From NCBI GenBank assembly GCA_964344785.1, contig CAYFOR010000004.1, forward strand, positions 1-54,656: a stretch of 54,656 nt of DNA. The letters are read 5' to 3'. The notes beneath the pieces are model-generated. The model was given only the letters and a program-made list of their open reading frames with translations. It made no database searches and was not told the origin of the DNA. Numbering within the stretch: the stretch's first letter is position 1; the number at the start of each line of letters is the position of its first letter. Positions 52,677-54,656 of the stretch are shown here, piece after piece. A program made the translations under genes and the position numbers. Source of the stretch: an uncultured Piscirickettsiaceae bacterium. GTDB lineage: Bacteria > Pseudomonadota > Gammaproteobacteria > GCF-002020875.

Positions 52677-53423
52677 CTAGCCGAGGGCCGTCATCACCTC
52701 ATCCGAAATATCCGCATTGGTGTACACATTCTGTACATCATCGAGATCCTCCAGACGATCCACCATCTTCATCAGCTTTTCAGCCCCATCCTGATCCAGT
52801 TCGGTCATGGTCGAGGCGCGCTGGGTGAGATCCGAAGACTCCGGCTCCAGACCGGCATCGACCATCGCCTGTTTCACATCCATGTAGCCGGCATCATCGG
52901 TCAGCACCTCAATCATGCCGTCATCATCGGCCACCACATCATCGGCACCCGCATCCAGAGCCGCCTCCATGATCGCATCTTCATCGCTGCCCGCCGGGTA
53001 GACCAGCACACCGGTCTTGGTGAAGAGATAGGAGACCGAACCATCGGTACCGAGGTTGCCTCCATGCTTGGTAAAGGCGTGGCGCACCTCGGAGACGGTA
53101 CGGTTGCGATTGTCGGTGAGACAGTCGACCATCACCGCCACCCCGCCGGGGCCATACCCCTCATAACGGATCTCGTCGAAGTTCTCTCCATCGACATCGC
53201 CACTGCCGCGCTTGACGGCACGATCGATCGTGTCTCTGGTCATGTTGGCGCCAAGCGCCTTGTCGACCGCTGCCCGAAGACGCGGATTGGCATTCACATC
53301 GCCACCCCCCATCTTGGCCGCCACCGTGATCTCACGGATCAGCTTGGTAAAAATCTTTCCCCGCTTGGCATCCTGCGCCCCCTTGCGGTGCTGGATGTTG
53401 TGCCATTTACTGTGTCCTGCCAT
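52677..53423 (-). CDS. yebC: YebC/PmpR family protein
   Basis: [29 protein letters not shown]. Confidence 0.97.
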   Translation of the reverse strand: MAGHSKWHNIQHRKGAQDAKRGKIFTKLIREITVAAKMGGGDVNANPRLRAAVDKALGANMTRDTIDRAVKRGSGDVDGENFDEIRYEGYGPGGVAVMVDCLTDNRNRTVSEVRHAFTKHGGNLGTDGSVSYLFTKTGVLVYPAGSDEDAIMEAALDAGADDVVADDDGMIEVLTDDAGYMDVKQAMVDAGLEPESSDLTQRASTMTELDQDGAEKLMKMVDRLEDLDDVQNVYTNADISDEVMTALG

Positions 53424-53540
53424 GCTGCCTTCTTCCTGCCTGCTAACATCAAAATCAATCAGCTGATTTTACCATACCCGGCTTTCCACTCATCATCTGT
53501 GCATGCCGTTTTCTTGTGCCAGGCAAACCAAGGACACCCC

Positions 53541-53921
53541 TTACCGATCAGGCAGCTCAACAGAGACAGTTTCTCCCCCATGTTGGTGAACCGAGTCATG
53601 AGCACGGATGGTGACCCTCTCCACACCATCTGGAATCTGCACCTTCATCAGGTTGCGGGTGAATGGCTGCTCATGCACATGTGGATGATGCAGCGTCCGG
53701 GTTCCGAGAATCCTCCCATCACCACCCACAATCTCCCAGCGGTTTGCATAGTGGTCCCAGCCGGTATCTTCATGCAGCACCGTCACACTGAAGTCATAGC
53801 TGTCACCGTCCCCACCTCTAACAGCAACTCCCACCACATCCGCCTCTCCGGAAAGTGCAACACTCACGGGCAGAAGCAGTAACAGGGGAAAAGCAGTCAT
53901 CTGTTTTTTCATGGCACTCAA
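53541..53921 (-). CDS. Exported His-rich hypothetical protein
   Basis: Signal peptide; HEDTGWDHYA, LHHPHVHEQPF, AHDSVH. Confidence 0.8.
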   Translation of the reverse strand: MSAMKKQMTAFPLLLLLPVSVALSGEADVVGVAVRGGDGDSYDFSVTVLHEDTGWDHYANRWEIVGGDGRILGTRTLHHPHVHEQPFTRNLMKVQIPDGVERVTIRAHDSVHQHGGETVSVELPDR

Positions 53922-53949
53922 CTCAACATCTTGATTTTGGATGAGTCAT

Positions 53950-54360
53950 TCAAACATGGATTTCGATATACCACTTTGGCTTCATCCTTCCAAAGTCCGT
54001 ACGCAGGTTGCTCTTGAGAGATTTTTTCGAGTCCAACACATACCGCCTGTCATTCTCACGCACAAACACCACCCAGTGCCAATAGGGTTTACCATCCTCC
54101 AGATGCCACTTGATCGATAACAACGCACAATCCGGCAACCGCTCCCATCCTTGAAAAGGTATCTCTCGATGATCCGCTTCAACACCCATGCTGGATAGCA
54201 GCTTCCGTACATGCCGGGTATCGGACCAGAGGGACCTGTCGCTGGCATGAATACCAATACTGCTGGCAATCGATCTGGCTTCACGATAGGAGACTCCGGC
54301 AATTGCGGCAGCACTGGCGATACCACAGCCGGTGCGCGCTTCCTGAACTACGGGTTCCAT
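53950..54360 (-). CDS. Stand-alone C39-peptidase-like protein
   Basis: Q...GCGIA, HWVV, downstream Asp (VLDS). Confidence 0.65.
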   Translation of the reverse strand: MEPVVQEARTGCGIASAAAIAGVSYREARSIASSIGIHASDRSLWSDTRHVRKLLSSMGVEADHREIPFQGWERLPDCALLSIKWHLEDGKPYWHWVVFVRENDRRYVLDSKKSLKSNLRTDFGRMKPKWYIEIHV

Positions 54361-54423
54361 TACGTCCTGACCCTCTTCAACTCAATGAGATACTTACTAC
54401 TGAAAATCAACCCTCTGGCACTT

Positions 54424-54600
54424 TCAGCTCACCTTCAACTGATTGCGTTTCAGTGCCTGACGAATCTTGTCTTCATCAATGCCTGTCTCATACCCTGACA
54501 TCGATTCCATCAGCTCATCGGTAACCGTGATCTGCAATGGACGCAGCGTCTGGTTAACCTTCCTGGCATGACCCTTCCACTCGGCACCATCCTGCTTCAT
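54424..54600 (-). CDS. Small hypothetical ORF (58 aa) or gene fragment
   Basis: MKQDGAEWKGHARKVNQTLRPLQITVTDELMESMSGYETGIDEDKIRQALKRNQLKVS*; purine-rich RBS-like sequence upstream; below the ORF-track cutoff. Confidence 0.4.
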   Translation of the reverse strand: MKQDGAEWKGHARKVNQTLRPLQITVTDELMESMSGYETGIDEDKIRQALKRNQLKVS

Positions 54601-54656
54601 GTCACCCCGCCTTATTCACCAAATAACCCATAAAACAAGGAGGCGCGCCCTCTATT

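Overview
Chromosomal window from a gammaproteobacterium, judged from gene order and sequences. Core loci: the str operon (rpsL-rpsG-fusA-5' end of tuf), lptF, moaEDC, fxsA/cutA-dsbD-tlpA, aroQ-accBC-prmA, hemH, yebC-ruvCAB-ybgC-tolQRAB-pal-cpoB-queEC, tRNA-Lys(TTT) and tRNA-Leu(TAA). Accessory blocks: (1) a co-directional 8.3 kb cluster of an SCP2-like lipid-binding protein, a periplasmic adaptor with an unusual Met-rich hairpin-tip insert, an RND permease, two exported proteins, a TPR membrane protein and a Met-rich coiled-coil membrane protein, with no TolC gene; (2) a lipid-carrier glycosylation cluster (flippase, GT2, two ArnT-like enzymes) divergent from an lptF that lacks a neighbouring lptG; (3) three hybrid histidine kinases; (4) a passenger-less inverse-autotransporter barrel tightly coupled to a separate exported beta-rich protein; (5) a decayed islet at tRNA-Lys with an integrase remnant, an intact HicB-like/HicA pair and a pseudogenised addiction module. 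The best candidates for poorly described systems are (1) and (4). All family calls are by motif recognition; no database search was run.
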